Assembly: GCF_032116555.1 (NCBI RefSeq)
Contig: NZ_CP134949.1
Coordinates: 1,488,001 to 1,552,000, forward strand
Direction: 5' to 3'
From: Halorarum halobium
GTDB taxonomy: Archaea; Halobacteriota; Halobacteria; Halobacteriales; Haloferacaceae
Length of the DNA: 64,000 nt
The position numbers were made by a program, and so were the translations under genes. Positions 56,128 through 64,000 of the stretch are shown here, piece after piece (the first letter of the stretch is position 1; every line of letters starts with the position of its first letter). Under the pieces are notes generated by a model. It was not told the origin of the DNA, ran no database searches, and was given only the letters and a program-made list of their open reading frames with translations.

Positions 56128-57057
56128 TCAGTCGTCCGCCGGCGCGGGCGGACGGGTGCCGAGTTCGACCGGCGGTGCGTCCACGTCCAGTTCCGCCAGC
56201 GCGAGTTCAGCCGCTCGCTTGCCCGAGACGAGCATCGCGCCGAACGTCGGCCCCATCCGGGTGAGCCCGTGGGTCGTCGCCGTCGCCAGCCCCGCCGCGA
56301 TGAGGCCCTCGTGAACGAATCCCGTCTCTTCGACGACCTTGTCCTCGCTGTCGGCGATCCACATCGAGTCGTGGCCCGGGGAGTCGTGGCCAGGCGCGCC
56401 GTACTCGCCCTCGGCAGTGGTGTCCATGCCCGCGTCGTGTTCGCTCGCGTGTTCGACGCCCGGCGCGTCGACGACCCCGCGTTCGTGGAGCTTCGAGACG
56501 ACGACGGCCTCGTGCCCGGTGGCGTCGATGACGAGGTCGGCCTCCACGGCGATGGGGTCCACGCAGGTCAGTTCCCTGGGCAGCGAGTGGACCGGCGTCC
56601 AGTTCATCACGACGCCCGCGACGCGGTGGTTCTCCCGGATCACCACGTCGGTGAACTCGGTCATGTTCTGGACGCGCGCCCCGGCGTCACAGGCCGCCTC
56701 GATGAGCGCCGAGGAGGCGTGTGGCGCGTCCGCGACGTAGAGCCCGTCCGCCTCGTCGGTCCCCCCGTAGGGAACGCCGAGCTCCTCGAGGATCAGTTCG
56801 GCCGGCTCGCGGACGGTCAGCTTGTTCATCAGGAACCCGCCAAGCCAGAACCCGCCCCCGAGGTAGTTGTTCTTCTCGACGACGGTGACGTCGACGTCCC
56901 GCTCGGCGAGCTCCTTTGCGGCCGTCAGCCCGGAGGGACCGCCGCCGACCACGATGACCTCCGCCTCGGTGCTGTCCATGAACTCCTCGTGCCAGCTGTC
57001 GGCGATGGCTCGGGTCACGCTCGCCTCGTCCGCGTCGCCGAAACTGTCGAACTCCAT
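56128..57057 (-). CDS. thi4: Thi4 thiazole synthase, Cys type
   Basis: [37 protein letters not shown]. Confidence 0.95.
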   Translation of the reverse strand: MEFDSFGDADEASVTRAIADSWHEEFMDSTEAEVIVVGGGPSGLTAAKELAERDVDVTVVEKNNYLGGGFWLGGFLMNKLTVREPAELILEELGVPYGGTDEADGLYVADAPHASSALIEAACDAGARVQNMTEFTDVVIRENHRVAGVVMNWTPVHSLPRELTCVDPIAVEADLVIDATGHEAVVVSKLHERGVVDAPGVEHASEHDAGMDTTAEGEYGAPGHDSPGHDSMWIADSEDKVVEETGFVHEGLIAAGLATATTHGLTRMGPTFGAMLVSGKRAAELALAELDVDAPPVELGTRPPAPADD

Positions 57058-57163
57058 GAACACCTAGTAATACCACCAAATAATAAACGTTGTCACCGGC
57101 CGACGTCGAGCGGCAGCCGCCGGCCGAAGCTTCATGCCGCCAGCATCGGTACGTTTGGGTGCA

Positions 57164-57730
57164 ATGGACTGCAGGGTCGTCGTCGAGGCCGCCGTCCCGG
57201 TGTACGACGTCGAGACGACCGACGAAGCGGTTCGCATCGCCATCGCCAAGACCGGCGAGATGCTGAACCCGGACCTCAACTACGTGGAGATCTCAACGGG
57301 GCAGCGACGGTCGCCCGGCGGGGAGGAGTTACCCCCCGCCTTCGTGGCGGCCGACGAGGCGCTCGTCGCCCTCGAACTCGCGCTGACCGTCTTCAACGTG
57401 GAGGGGACGAGACACGCGTCCCGCATCGCCCGAAAGGAGATCGGACAGCGGCTCGAAAACATCCCGCTGAAAGTGCTCGACGTGAGCGAGGTCGTGGAGA
57501 CGGACGAGGACGATTCGGGGAACGAGAGCCGCGGTGACGATTCGGGGGACGTGAACCGCGGTGACGGTTCGGAGGACGTGGCTCAGGGCGACGGTTCGGG
57601 GTCGAACTCGAACGGCGGTGCCTCGGCCGGCAGAGGGGAGAGCGACTCCGATACCGACGACGACGATTCGGCCGACGACCCGGACGACGATCTCCTCCCC
57701 GGGTTCGAGGAGATGGTCGAGGACGGCTGA
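57164..57730 (+). CDS. UPF0212/DUF555 family protein with acidic repeat tail
   Basis: VYDVETTDEAVRIAI, ALVAL, VFNVE...HASRIARKEIG; 27-bp in-frame repeats DDSGNESRG/DDSGDVNRG/DGSEDVAQG. Confidence 0.85.
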   Translation: MDCRVVVEAAVPVYDVETTDEAVRIAIAKTGEMLNPDLNYVEISTGQRRSPGGEELPPAFVAADEALVALELALTVFNVEGTRHASRIARKEIGQRLENIPLKVLDVSEVVETDEDDSGNESRGDDSGDVNRGDGSEDVAQGDGSGSNSNGGASAGRGESDSDTDDDDSADDPDDDLLPGFEEMVEDG

Positions 57731-57843
57731 GGCTCCGAGCGGTCACGGTTCGAACCGGTGTCGGGAGCAGTCGCCCCTGAGAAACGAACTACTAACGGCG
57801 TCGCCACTCGACGAGCGTGGTGAGTTGAGGAAGTGTAACTGGC

Positions 57844-58077
57844 TCAGTCGGCCGTCGGGGCGACCGGCTCGGACTCCGCTTCGACGACCGAAGAGGTGAT
57901 TCCTCCGGCCAGTTTGAACACTGCTGCTTTGTGGTCTGTCTTCGACTTGTGGATCGATGTCGGCTTCACGCCAAGTGTTTCGTACTCGGTGAGGTCGAGA
58001 TCCGCATCGCGTGCTTCACACTCGCTTCGTACCTCGGCGAGAAGGCCGTGCAGGTGAATGAGTTCCTGCTTCTTCAT
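57844..58077 (-). CDS. UPF0058 family protein
   Basis: MKKQELIHLHGLL...PTSIHKSKTDHKAAVF. Confidence 0.9.
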   Translation of the reverse strand: MKKQELIHLHGLLAEVRSECEARDADLDLTEYETLGVKPTSIHKSKTDHKAAVFKLAGGITSSVVEAESEPVAPTAD

Positions 58078-58312
58078 GGACGAACTTGGATTGCGACCGG
58101 AGGGTTAAATGCTTATCTTGAGGGTCGTTAGCACGGTTCCCGATAGATTAACGGTTCGCGGGTTGACTCGTGTGAGGGGCCGATTCCCGTGGCTTTCGTG
58201 CCGGACGCGTGGTAAGTGCCGCTTATCGGCTCGTTCCGACGGTTCCCCGCCGGTCGCTCCCACCCGTCGAGCCGCCGCGAACGTTTTCCCGCCCGCGCCC
58301 CTTCCTGGGGGC

Positions 58313-58720
58313 ATGGTCTACGACGACATGCTCGACCGCGCAGTCGAGGAGTCGCCGGATGCGGAGGGAACCGACTCCCGGTTCGACGTGCCGGAACCGG
58401 TCGTCCGCGTCGACGGGAGCGTCACGGTCGTCGACAACCTCGGCGAGATCGCGGACACGCTGGACAGGGACCCGGGCCACGTCCTCCAGTTCCTCCAGTC
58501 CGCGGTGGGCACCGCCGGGAGCGTCGACGACCGGGGCCGCGGGCGGCTGACCGGCGAGTTCAAACGGGGCCGGATCTCGACGGCACTCCGGGAGTACGCC
58601 GACACGTACGTCGTCTGTCCGGACTGCGGGCTCCCGGACACGGACCTCCTGACGGAGGGGGACGCGACCCGGTTGAAGTGTGCTGCCTGTGGTGCGGTCA
58701 CGACGGTCGAGGAGCGATAG
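58313..58720 (+). CDS. Translation initiation factor aIF2-beta paralogue
   Basis: YDDMLDRA, RFDVP, LDRDP.H, YVVCPDCGLPDT, LKCAACGA. Confidence 0.88.
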   Translation: MVYDDMLDRAVEESPDAEGTDSRFDVPEPVVRVDGSVTVVDNLGEIADTLDRDPGHVLQFLQSAVGTAGSVDDRGRGRLTGEFKRGRISTALREYADTYVVCPDCGLPDTDLLTEGDATRLKCAACGAVTTVEER

Positions 58721-58776
58721 TTCGTTCCTGGTCGCTCCCGAATCGCCTCGGAGAATCGGCGGGGAACGGCGACCGA

Positions 58777-58956
58777 TCAGTTGAACTGCTTCAACGCCTC
58801 GAGGTCGCGTTCGGTCCGCATGAACTCGGCGAGGCGTCGCGTCGCGTGACAGGAGGGACACGAGTAGTTCTCCCGGTGGGCGGGCAGTTCGGTCGGGTTC
58901 TCCTCCCAGTCCTTGGAACACTCCGGACAGATCAGTCGGATGAACGCCTCGACCAT
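58777..58956 (-). CDS. Small CPxC zinc-finger protein
   Basis: CPEC...CPSC; 59 aa. Confidence 0.85.
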   Translation of the reverse strand: MVEAFIRLICPECSKDWEENPTELPAHRENYSCPSCHATRRLAEFMRTERDLEALKQFN

Positions 58957-59032
58957 ACGCCGATCCGTCGGCGGGCCGGTCAATAAACCTTTTCGCGGCC
59001 GAAAAAACGGGAACTCCTCCGGGACTGTCGGG

Positions 59033-60022
59033 TTACGCCGTCCGGCCCTCGGCCGCCTCCAGGAGCTCCTTGTACCGGTTCCTGATGGTCACCTCGCTCA
59101 CGCCCGCGACCTCGCTGACCTCGCTCTGGGTCACCGACTCGTTCGTGAGCAGGGCGGCGGCGTACACCGCGGCGGCCGCGAGCCCCACGGGCGACTTCCC
59201 GCTCGTCACGCCGTCCTCCTGTGCGCCCTTGAGGAGTTCCCGCGCTCGCCATTCGCCCTCGTCCGAGAGGTCGAGCGCCGAGGCGAACCGCCCGACGTAC
59301 TGGGCCGGGTCGGCCGGCGCGACCTCCAGCCCGAGTTCGCGGACGACGTAGCGGTACGTCCGGGTCAGTTCCATCCGGTCGATCCGCGAGACCGACGTGA
59401 CCTCGTCGAGCGAGCGGGGGGTGCCGGCCTGGCGGGCGGCAGCGTAGAGGCTCGCGGTGGCGACGCCCTCGATCGACCGGCCGGGCAGGAGGTCGTCCGC
59501 GAGCGCGCGCCGGTAGATGACCGACGCCGTCTCGCGGACGTTCTCGGGCAGGCCGAGCGCGCTGGCCATCCGGTCGATCTCCCCCAGCGCCTGTTTGAGG
59601 TTCCGCTCCTTCGAATCCCGCGTCCGGAACCGCTCGTGCCAGGTGCGGAGCCGCTGCATCTGCTGGCGACGGCGCGAGGAGAGCGCCTTCCCGTAGGCGT
59701 CCTTGTCCTGCCAGCCGATGTTCGTCGAGAGCCCCTTGTCGTGCATCATGTTCGTCGTCGGCGCGCCCACGCGGGACTTGTTCGTCCGCTGTCCGTCGTC
59801 GAACGACCGCCACTCGGGACCGTGGTCGATGGCGTCCTCCTCGACCACCAGCCCACAGTCCCGGCACACCGTCTCGCCGTGTTCCTCGTCGGTCACGACC
59901 GTCCCGCCGCACTCGGGGCAGGCGGTTCGCTCCCGCGTTTCGGCCCCTCGCGTCTCGGCCTCTTGCGACTCGACGTTCGATTCGCGCTCGTAGTTGCTGA
60001 TGGTGGTTCTGGTTTCCGTCAT
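59033..60022 (-). CDS. tfb: Transcription initiation factor IIB
   Basis: Zn ribbon CPECGG...CRDCG, GPEWR, HDKGLST, ERNL, GRSIE, GKSP.GLAAA, VTIRNRY. Confidence 0.98.
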   Translation of the reverse strand: MTETRTTISNYERESNVESQEAETRGAETRERTACPECGGTVVTDEEHGETVCRDCGLVVEEDAIDHGPEWRSFDDGQRTNKSRVGAPTTNMMHDKGLSTNIGWQDKDAYGKALSSRRRQQMQRLRTWHERFRTRDSKERNLKQALGEIDRMASALGLPENVRETASVIYRRALADDLLPGRSIEGVATASLYAAARQAGTPRSLDEVTSVSRIDRMELTRTYRYVVRELGLEVAPADPAQYVGRFASALDLSDEGEWRARELLKGAQEDGVTSGKSPVGLAAAAVYAAALLTNESVTQSEVSEVAGVSEVTIRNRYKELLEAAEGRTA

Positions 60023-60100
60023 GGCGTCCCGGAGCGACCACGACCGGTGGAAGAAAGGGTTCCGACGGCAGTCGTCCTTACCTATAGTGAGGGACAGAAG

Positions 60101-60115
60101 TATATAAACATTTCG
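60101..60115 (-). promoter_or_regulatory. BRE/TATA promoter of tfb
   Basis: Minus strand CGAAA-TG-TTTATATA, about 80 bp upstream of the ATG. Confidence 0.7.
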
Positions 60116-60285
60116 AAATCGTGTACGGCAGTCACACGCACTATACCGTTCGATTTTCCTGATTCGACCCCGGATTGGTGGGGCGGTTCTCCCGCGAAGA
60201 GGACTATTTAACTGATTCGTCCGTCGTGGCAGCCGTCGGCCCGACACCCAGCGGACTTTTGGTCCGGGACGCCGGCCCATCTCGC

Positions 60286-61221
60286 ATGGACGACACTCGA
60301 ACGGTCTGCGTGCTGGGGGCCGGGACGATGGGTCGGGGCATCGCCCACGCCGCCGCGACGGCCGGCCATCGCGTCCGCCTCCGCGACGTCGACGACGACG
60401 TGCTCGCCGAGGCGAGCGAGGAGATCAGGTCGACGCTCTCCGGCGGCGTGGAGCGCGGGAAGCTGTCGGCAGGGGGGGCCGACGCCGCGTTCGACCGGAT
60501 CGAGACGACGACCGACCTCCAGTCGGCGGCGGCCGGGACCGACATCGCCATCGAGGCCGTGCCCGAGGACGTCGACCTCAAGCGGGACGTGCTCTCCGGG
60601 GCGGAGGCGCACCTCCCCGACGGGGCGCTCGTCGGCTCGAACACCTCCTCGCTCCCGCTGACCGGCATCGCGGCGGCCCTGGAGCGGCCGGACCGGGCCG
60701 TCGGGCTCCACTTTTTCAACCCGGTCCACGCGATGGGGCTCGTGGAGGTCGTGCTGGCCGAACAGACGACCGCCGCGACGCGCGAGCGGGCGGAATCGTT
60801 CGTCGAGGGGCTCGGCAAGACCGCGGTCACCGTCACGGACACGCCCGGCTTCGCGACCTCGCGGCTCGGCGCGATGCAGGGCGTCGAGGCGATCCGGATG
60901 CTCCAGGCAGGCGTCGCCGGTCCGCGCGACATCGACGCCGGGATGGAACTGGGGTATCGGCACCCGATGGGTCCGATCGAACTCACCGACGTCGTCGGCC
61001 TCGACGTCCGCCTCGACATCCTCGAGCACCTCCGAGAGGAACTCGGCGAGCGATTCGCGCCGCCGCCGCTGCTCCGCCGGAAAGTCCGTGCCGGAAAGCT
61101 CGGCCGCAAGACCGGCGAGGGGTTCTACGTCTGGGAGGACGGCGAGGTCGTCGGCGTCTCGGGCGGGCACGGAGCCGCGGGCGAACGGGATGTGGACGAC
61201 GCCGAGACGGGGGGACGATGA
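60286..61221 (+). CDS. 3-hydroxyacyl-CoA dehydrogenase
   Basis: GAGTMGRGIA, EAVPE, SNTSS, HFFNP, HPMGP, GRKTGEGFY. Confidence 0.93.
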   Translation: MDDTRTVCVLGAGTMGRGIAHAAATAGHRVRLRDVDDDVLAEASEEIRSTLSGGVERGKLSAGGADAAFDRIETTTDLQSAAAGTDIAIEAVPEDVDLKRDVLSGAEAHLPDGALVGSNTSSLPLTGIAAALERPDRAVGLHFFNPVHAMGLVEVVLAEQTTAATRERAESFVEGLGKTAVTVTDTPGFATSRLGAMQGVEAIRMLQAGVAGPRDIDAGMELGYRHPMGPIELTDVVGLDVRLDILEHLREELGERFAPPPLLRRKVRAGKLGRKTGEGFYVWEDGEVVGVSGGHGAAGERDVDDAETGGR

Positions 61222-62036
61222 CGACGCCCGCCGAAGCTGCTGCCGAGGGGAACGAGTTCGTCGCCGCCGAGGTCGGCGGTCGCGGCGAGCACGTGGCGAC
61301 GGTCACCATCGACCGACCGGACGCGCGGAACGCGCTCAACGCGACCGTCCGGTCCGAACTGAAGTCCGTCTTCGCCGCGATCGCCGAGGACGATTCGGTC
61401 CGCGTCGTCGTGTTGACCGGGGGCGAGGACTCGGGCGCGTTCGTCGCGGGCGCGGATGTGACCGAGCTCCACGAGCGGAGCGCCGTCGAACAGCGCGAGG
61501 CGAGTTCGTTCCCGCGCGTCTACGAGGTCGTCGCCGAGTGCCCGAAGCCAGTCGTCGCCCGCGTGAACGGCCACGCGCTCGGCGGCGGCTGTGAACTCGC
61601 GCAGGCCTGTGACGTTCGCATCGCCGCCGAGGGCGCGAAGCTCGGGCAGCCGGAGATCGGCCTCGGACTCATCCCGGGCGGCGGCGGCACCCAGCGGCTC
61701 CCGCGGCTCGTCGGCGAGGGCCAGGCGCTGAAGCTGATCCTGTCGGGCGAACTCGTCGAGGCGACCGAGGCGGCCGAACTCGGCCTCGTCGAGGAAGCGG
61801 TCCCCGAAGGGGAACTCGACGGCCGCGTCGACGACCTCGCCGGGGCGATCGCCGAGAAGAGCCCGCTGGCCGTCCGACGCGCGAAGCAAGCGGTTCGGGG
61901 CGGAGCGGATCGATCGTTGCGACAGGGACTGGCTTACGAGCGCGAACTGTTCGTCGGCCTGTTCGACAGCCACGACAAGAACGAGGGCATCGGCGCGTTC
62001 CTCGAGGACCGGGAGCCCGACTGGCGTGGCGAGTGA
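61218..62036 (+). CDS. Enoyl-CoA hydratase/isomerase
   Basis: FVAGAD, ALGGGCE, PEIGLGLIPGGGGTQRL; ATGA overlap. Confidence 0.93.
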   Translation: MTTPAEAAAEGNEFVAAEVGGRGEHVATVTIDRPDARNALNATVRSELKSVFAAIAEDDSVRVVVLTGGEDSGAFVAGADVTELHERSAVEQREASSFPRVYEVVAECPKPVVARVNGHALGGGCELAQACDVRIAAEGAKLGQPEIGLGLIPGGGGTQRLPRLVGEGQALKLILSGELVEATEAAELGLVEEAVPEGELDGRVDDLAGAIAEKSPLAVRRAKQAVRGGADRSLRQGLAYERELFVGLFDSHDKNEGIGAFLEDREPDWRGE

Positions 62037-62231
62037 ACGGGGGGAGCCGAGCGACGGGGAGGCCCTCGTGACCGCCGGCCAGTGGATGGTGGTCAATCGA
62101 CGGGCTGCTGGTGATGACGGCCGTTCGGCCCGTTCAGGCTCGATCGGTCGGCTCCGCCACTGCTCCGGGTCGTGGGTCCTGTTCACGAGGCTGCCACACG
62201 ACTTATGCGGCGGCCGTCGGAACGCGGGTCC

Positions 62232-62879
62232 ATGCGTCGACGACAGCTACTCGGGGGGGCCGGCATCGCACTGACGACGGCGACGGCGGGCTGTCTCGGA
62301 TTCATCACGGGCGAGCAGTCGCTCTCGTTCGCCGCGGAACCGGCCGTGGCCGCGGAGAGCACGGTCGGCGAGACCGATTACGAGACGGAGGGGCCACAGG
62401 CACGGACGCAAACACGGGAGTTCACCGTGGCGGGCCAGACGCGCGAGGTCGAGGTGACCAACCGGATCACGACCTACCAGAAGACCGTCGACAACCCGCT
62501 CTTCGGCGAGGCGCGCCTCGCCGTGTTCGCGGCCATCTCCAGCCCGAAGGTGACGGTCGCGGGCCAGACGCTCAACCCGGTGGAAGACTACTCGAACGAG
62601 AAGCTGGTCTCGCTGCTCACGAGCCAGTACGAGGGGTTAGACGAGCCCACCCGCGTGGACGGCCGGACCGTCCGAACGCTCGGCAGCGACGTCGAGCTCG
62701 ACAAGTTCGAGGCGACCGCGACCGTCGACGGCCAGGAGGTCGACGTGTACATCCACGTCGGTCGAACCGAACACGAGGATGACTTCGTCATCCCGATGGG
62801 GATGTACCCCAAGCGGCGGGAGAGCGAGGAGCGGCCGACCGTCGTCTCGCTAACCGAGAGCCTGGAACACCCCGCCTGA
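62232..62879 (+). CDS. Tat lipoprotein (DUF6517-like)
   Basis: MRRRQLL...TAGC; SSPKVTVAGQTLNP. Confidence 0.8.
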   Translation: MRRRQLLGGAGIALTTATAGCLGFITGEQSLSFAAEPAVAAESTVGETDYETEGPQARTQTREFTVAGQTREVEVTNRITTYQKTVDNPLFGEARLAVFAAISSPKVTVAGQTLNPVEDYSNEKLVSLLTSQYEGLDEPTRVDGRTVRTLGSDVELDKFEATATVDGQEVDVYIHVGRTEHEDDFVIPMGMYPKRRESEERPTVVSLTESLEHPA

Positions 62880-62962
62880 TCCGGGTTCGGGTGAATTCGG
62901 ACCCGGTTGACCCATAGCTATATACGTCAGACGCTCCCTACCGTATGGCGAGGTAAGCGCGA

Positions 62963-63157
62963 ATGGCGAAAGGAACGGTCGCATTCTTCAACGACACGGG
63001 CGGTTACGGCTTCATCGAAAGCGAGGACGCGGACGAGGACGTCTTCTTCCACATGGAGGACGTCGGCGGTCCGGACCTCGAGGAAGGGCAGGAGGTGGAG
63101 TTCGACATCGAACAGGCCGACAAGGGTCCGCGAGCGACGAACCTCCAGCGGCTGTAG
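62963..63157 (+). CDS. cspA: Cold-shock protein (copy 3)
   Basis: MAKGTVAFFNDTGGYGFI...; 64 aa; GAGGT RBS-like site upstream. Confidence 0.96.
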   Translation: MAKGTVAFFNDTGGYGFIESEDADEDVFFHMEDVGGPDLEEGQEVEFDIEQADKGPRATNLQRL

Positions 63158-63443
63158 GAGAGTACGGGGACCCGACTCGCTCGGGTTCACTCGTCGCCGC
63201 GGGCGGTTCCGTTTTTACGGTGATCGGTCGGTGAGTGCCGACGGCGTCGCTACCGCGGGTGTTTCAGCGAGGCGCCACAGTCCGGGCAGGCGGCCCTGTA
63301 CGAGAGGACGCTGACCGAGCGGGAACATTCCGAACAGACGAACGCGCTGCCGACCATCGTGCCGTCTGACGGACGTCATCCTGTTAAATGTTACCATGGA
63401 TAGACCACCGCGATTTTTACCGTCCCCCGCGGTCCATCCGAGT

Positions 63444-63905
63444 ATGCCATACAGCTACCGGCCACACCACTTCGAGGACTTCGAGGAGGGCCAGACGTTC
63501 GAGAGCGTCGGCCGCACCGTCACCGAGTCCGACTTCGTCATGCACTCGGCGTTCACCGGCGACTGGACCGAACTCCACACGAACGCCGACTACGCGGCCG
63601 ACTCGCAGTTCGGCGAGCGCGTCGCCCACGGTCCGATGACGTTCTCGCTGGCCACCGGGTTCGTCTACCGGTGCGGCTTCCTCGAACGCACGGTGATGGC
63701 GTTCCTCGGCATGAACTACATGGACATCCCCGCGCCCGTCTACGAGGGCGACTCCATCTCGCTCGACATGGAAGTCACCGAGACGAAGCCGTTCTCCTCG
63801 CGCGAGGACGCCGGCCTGGTCGTCATCGACACGGAGATGACCAACCAGGACGACGAGACGGTGTTCGCGGGCGACATGAAGTTCATGATCGAGCGCGAGT
63901 CGTAG
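63444..63905 (+). CDS. MaoC-like dehydratase
   Basis: FEDFEEG, GRTVTESD, TGDWTELH, FGERVAHG. Confidence 0.9.
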   Translation: MPYSYRPHHFEDFEEGQTFESVGRTVTESDFVMHSAFTGDWTELHTNADYAADSQFGERVAHGPMTFSLATGFVYRCGFLERTVMAFLGMNYMDIPAPVYEGDSISLDMEVTETKPFSSREDAGLVVIDTEMTNQDDETVFAGDMKFMIERES

Positions 63906-64000
63906 CGCCCCGCCGCCGGACGGGTCGTCCCGGTCCCGTCATCCGAGCATCTGTTCGAACAGCGCTCCCTGTCCCCGTCGGAGCCGCTCCAGGAACGCCG

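Noticed and set aside
57058..57163. TPP riboswitch upstream of thi4
   Set aside because: Intergenic space is about 100 bp, the TATA lies ~27 bp from the ATG, and no aptamer consensus is present
52016..57537. 910-aa (-) and 936-aa (+) ORFs
   Set aside because: Antisense shadows of the permease/ogg genes and of thiDN/thi4; no recognisable motifs
62881..62906. GU-containing hairpin upstream of csp3 as an ncRNA or thermometer
   Set aside because: It lies upstream of the csp3 TATA box, directly after the previous stop codon, so it is more simply a terminator-like hairpin
20517..63157. Three csp genes plus tbp, tfb and aIF2-beta paralogues as one dedicated system
   Set aside because: They are dispersed over more than 40 kb, and paralogue expansion of these families is normal in Halobacteria

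Overview
GC-rich (~70% by eye), acidic-proteome chromosome segment from a halophilic archaeon (class Halobacteria). Support: TBP, TFB, GatE, pelota, an aIF2-beta paralogue, CetZ, archaeal tRNA-Tyr with a C1-G72 pair, Tat lipoproteins and mostly leaderless TATA promoters. The window is mainly core and housekeeping genome: about 60 CDS and three tRNAs (Glu-CTC, Tyr-GTA, Ser-TGA). I found no transposase, integrase, CRISPR array or recognisable defence island. Most long ORFs in the supplied track are antisense or shadow frames, and many real genes start later than the track shows. Best leads: (1) a cluster of TBP, a DUF4258-like/Zn-finger protein, an XPB helicase and a stand-alone RarA C-terminal-like protein; (2) two DUF4013 membrane genes between the ribosome-rescue factors RqcH and pelota; (3) a Cys-reduced copper-storage-type bundle fused to a Gln-rich prion-like region; (4) tandem duplications anchored on the stop codons of three unrelated genes; (5) a dyad motif at identical spacing upstream of two cold-shock genes; (6) a palindromic double TATA box upstream of tbp; (7) a 55-aa zinc-finger gene absent from the ORF track. 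All family assignments come from recognising motifs by eye; no database searches were run.
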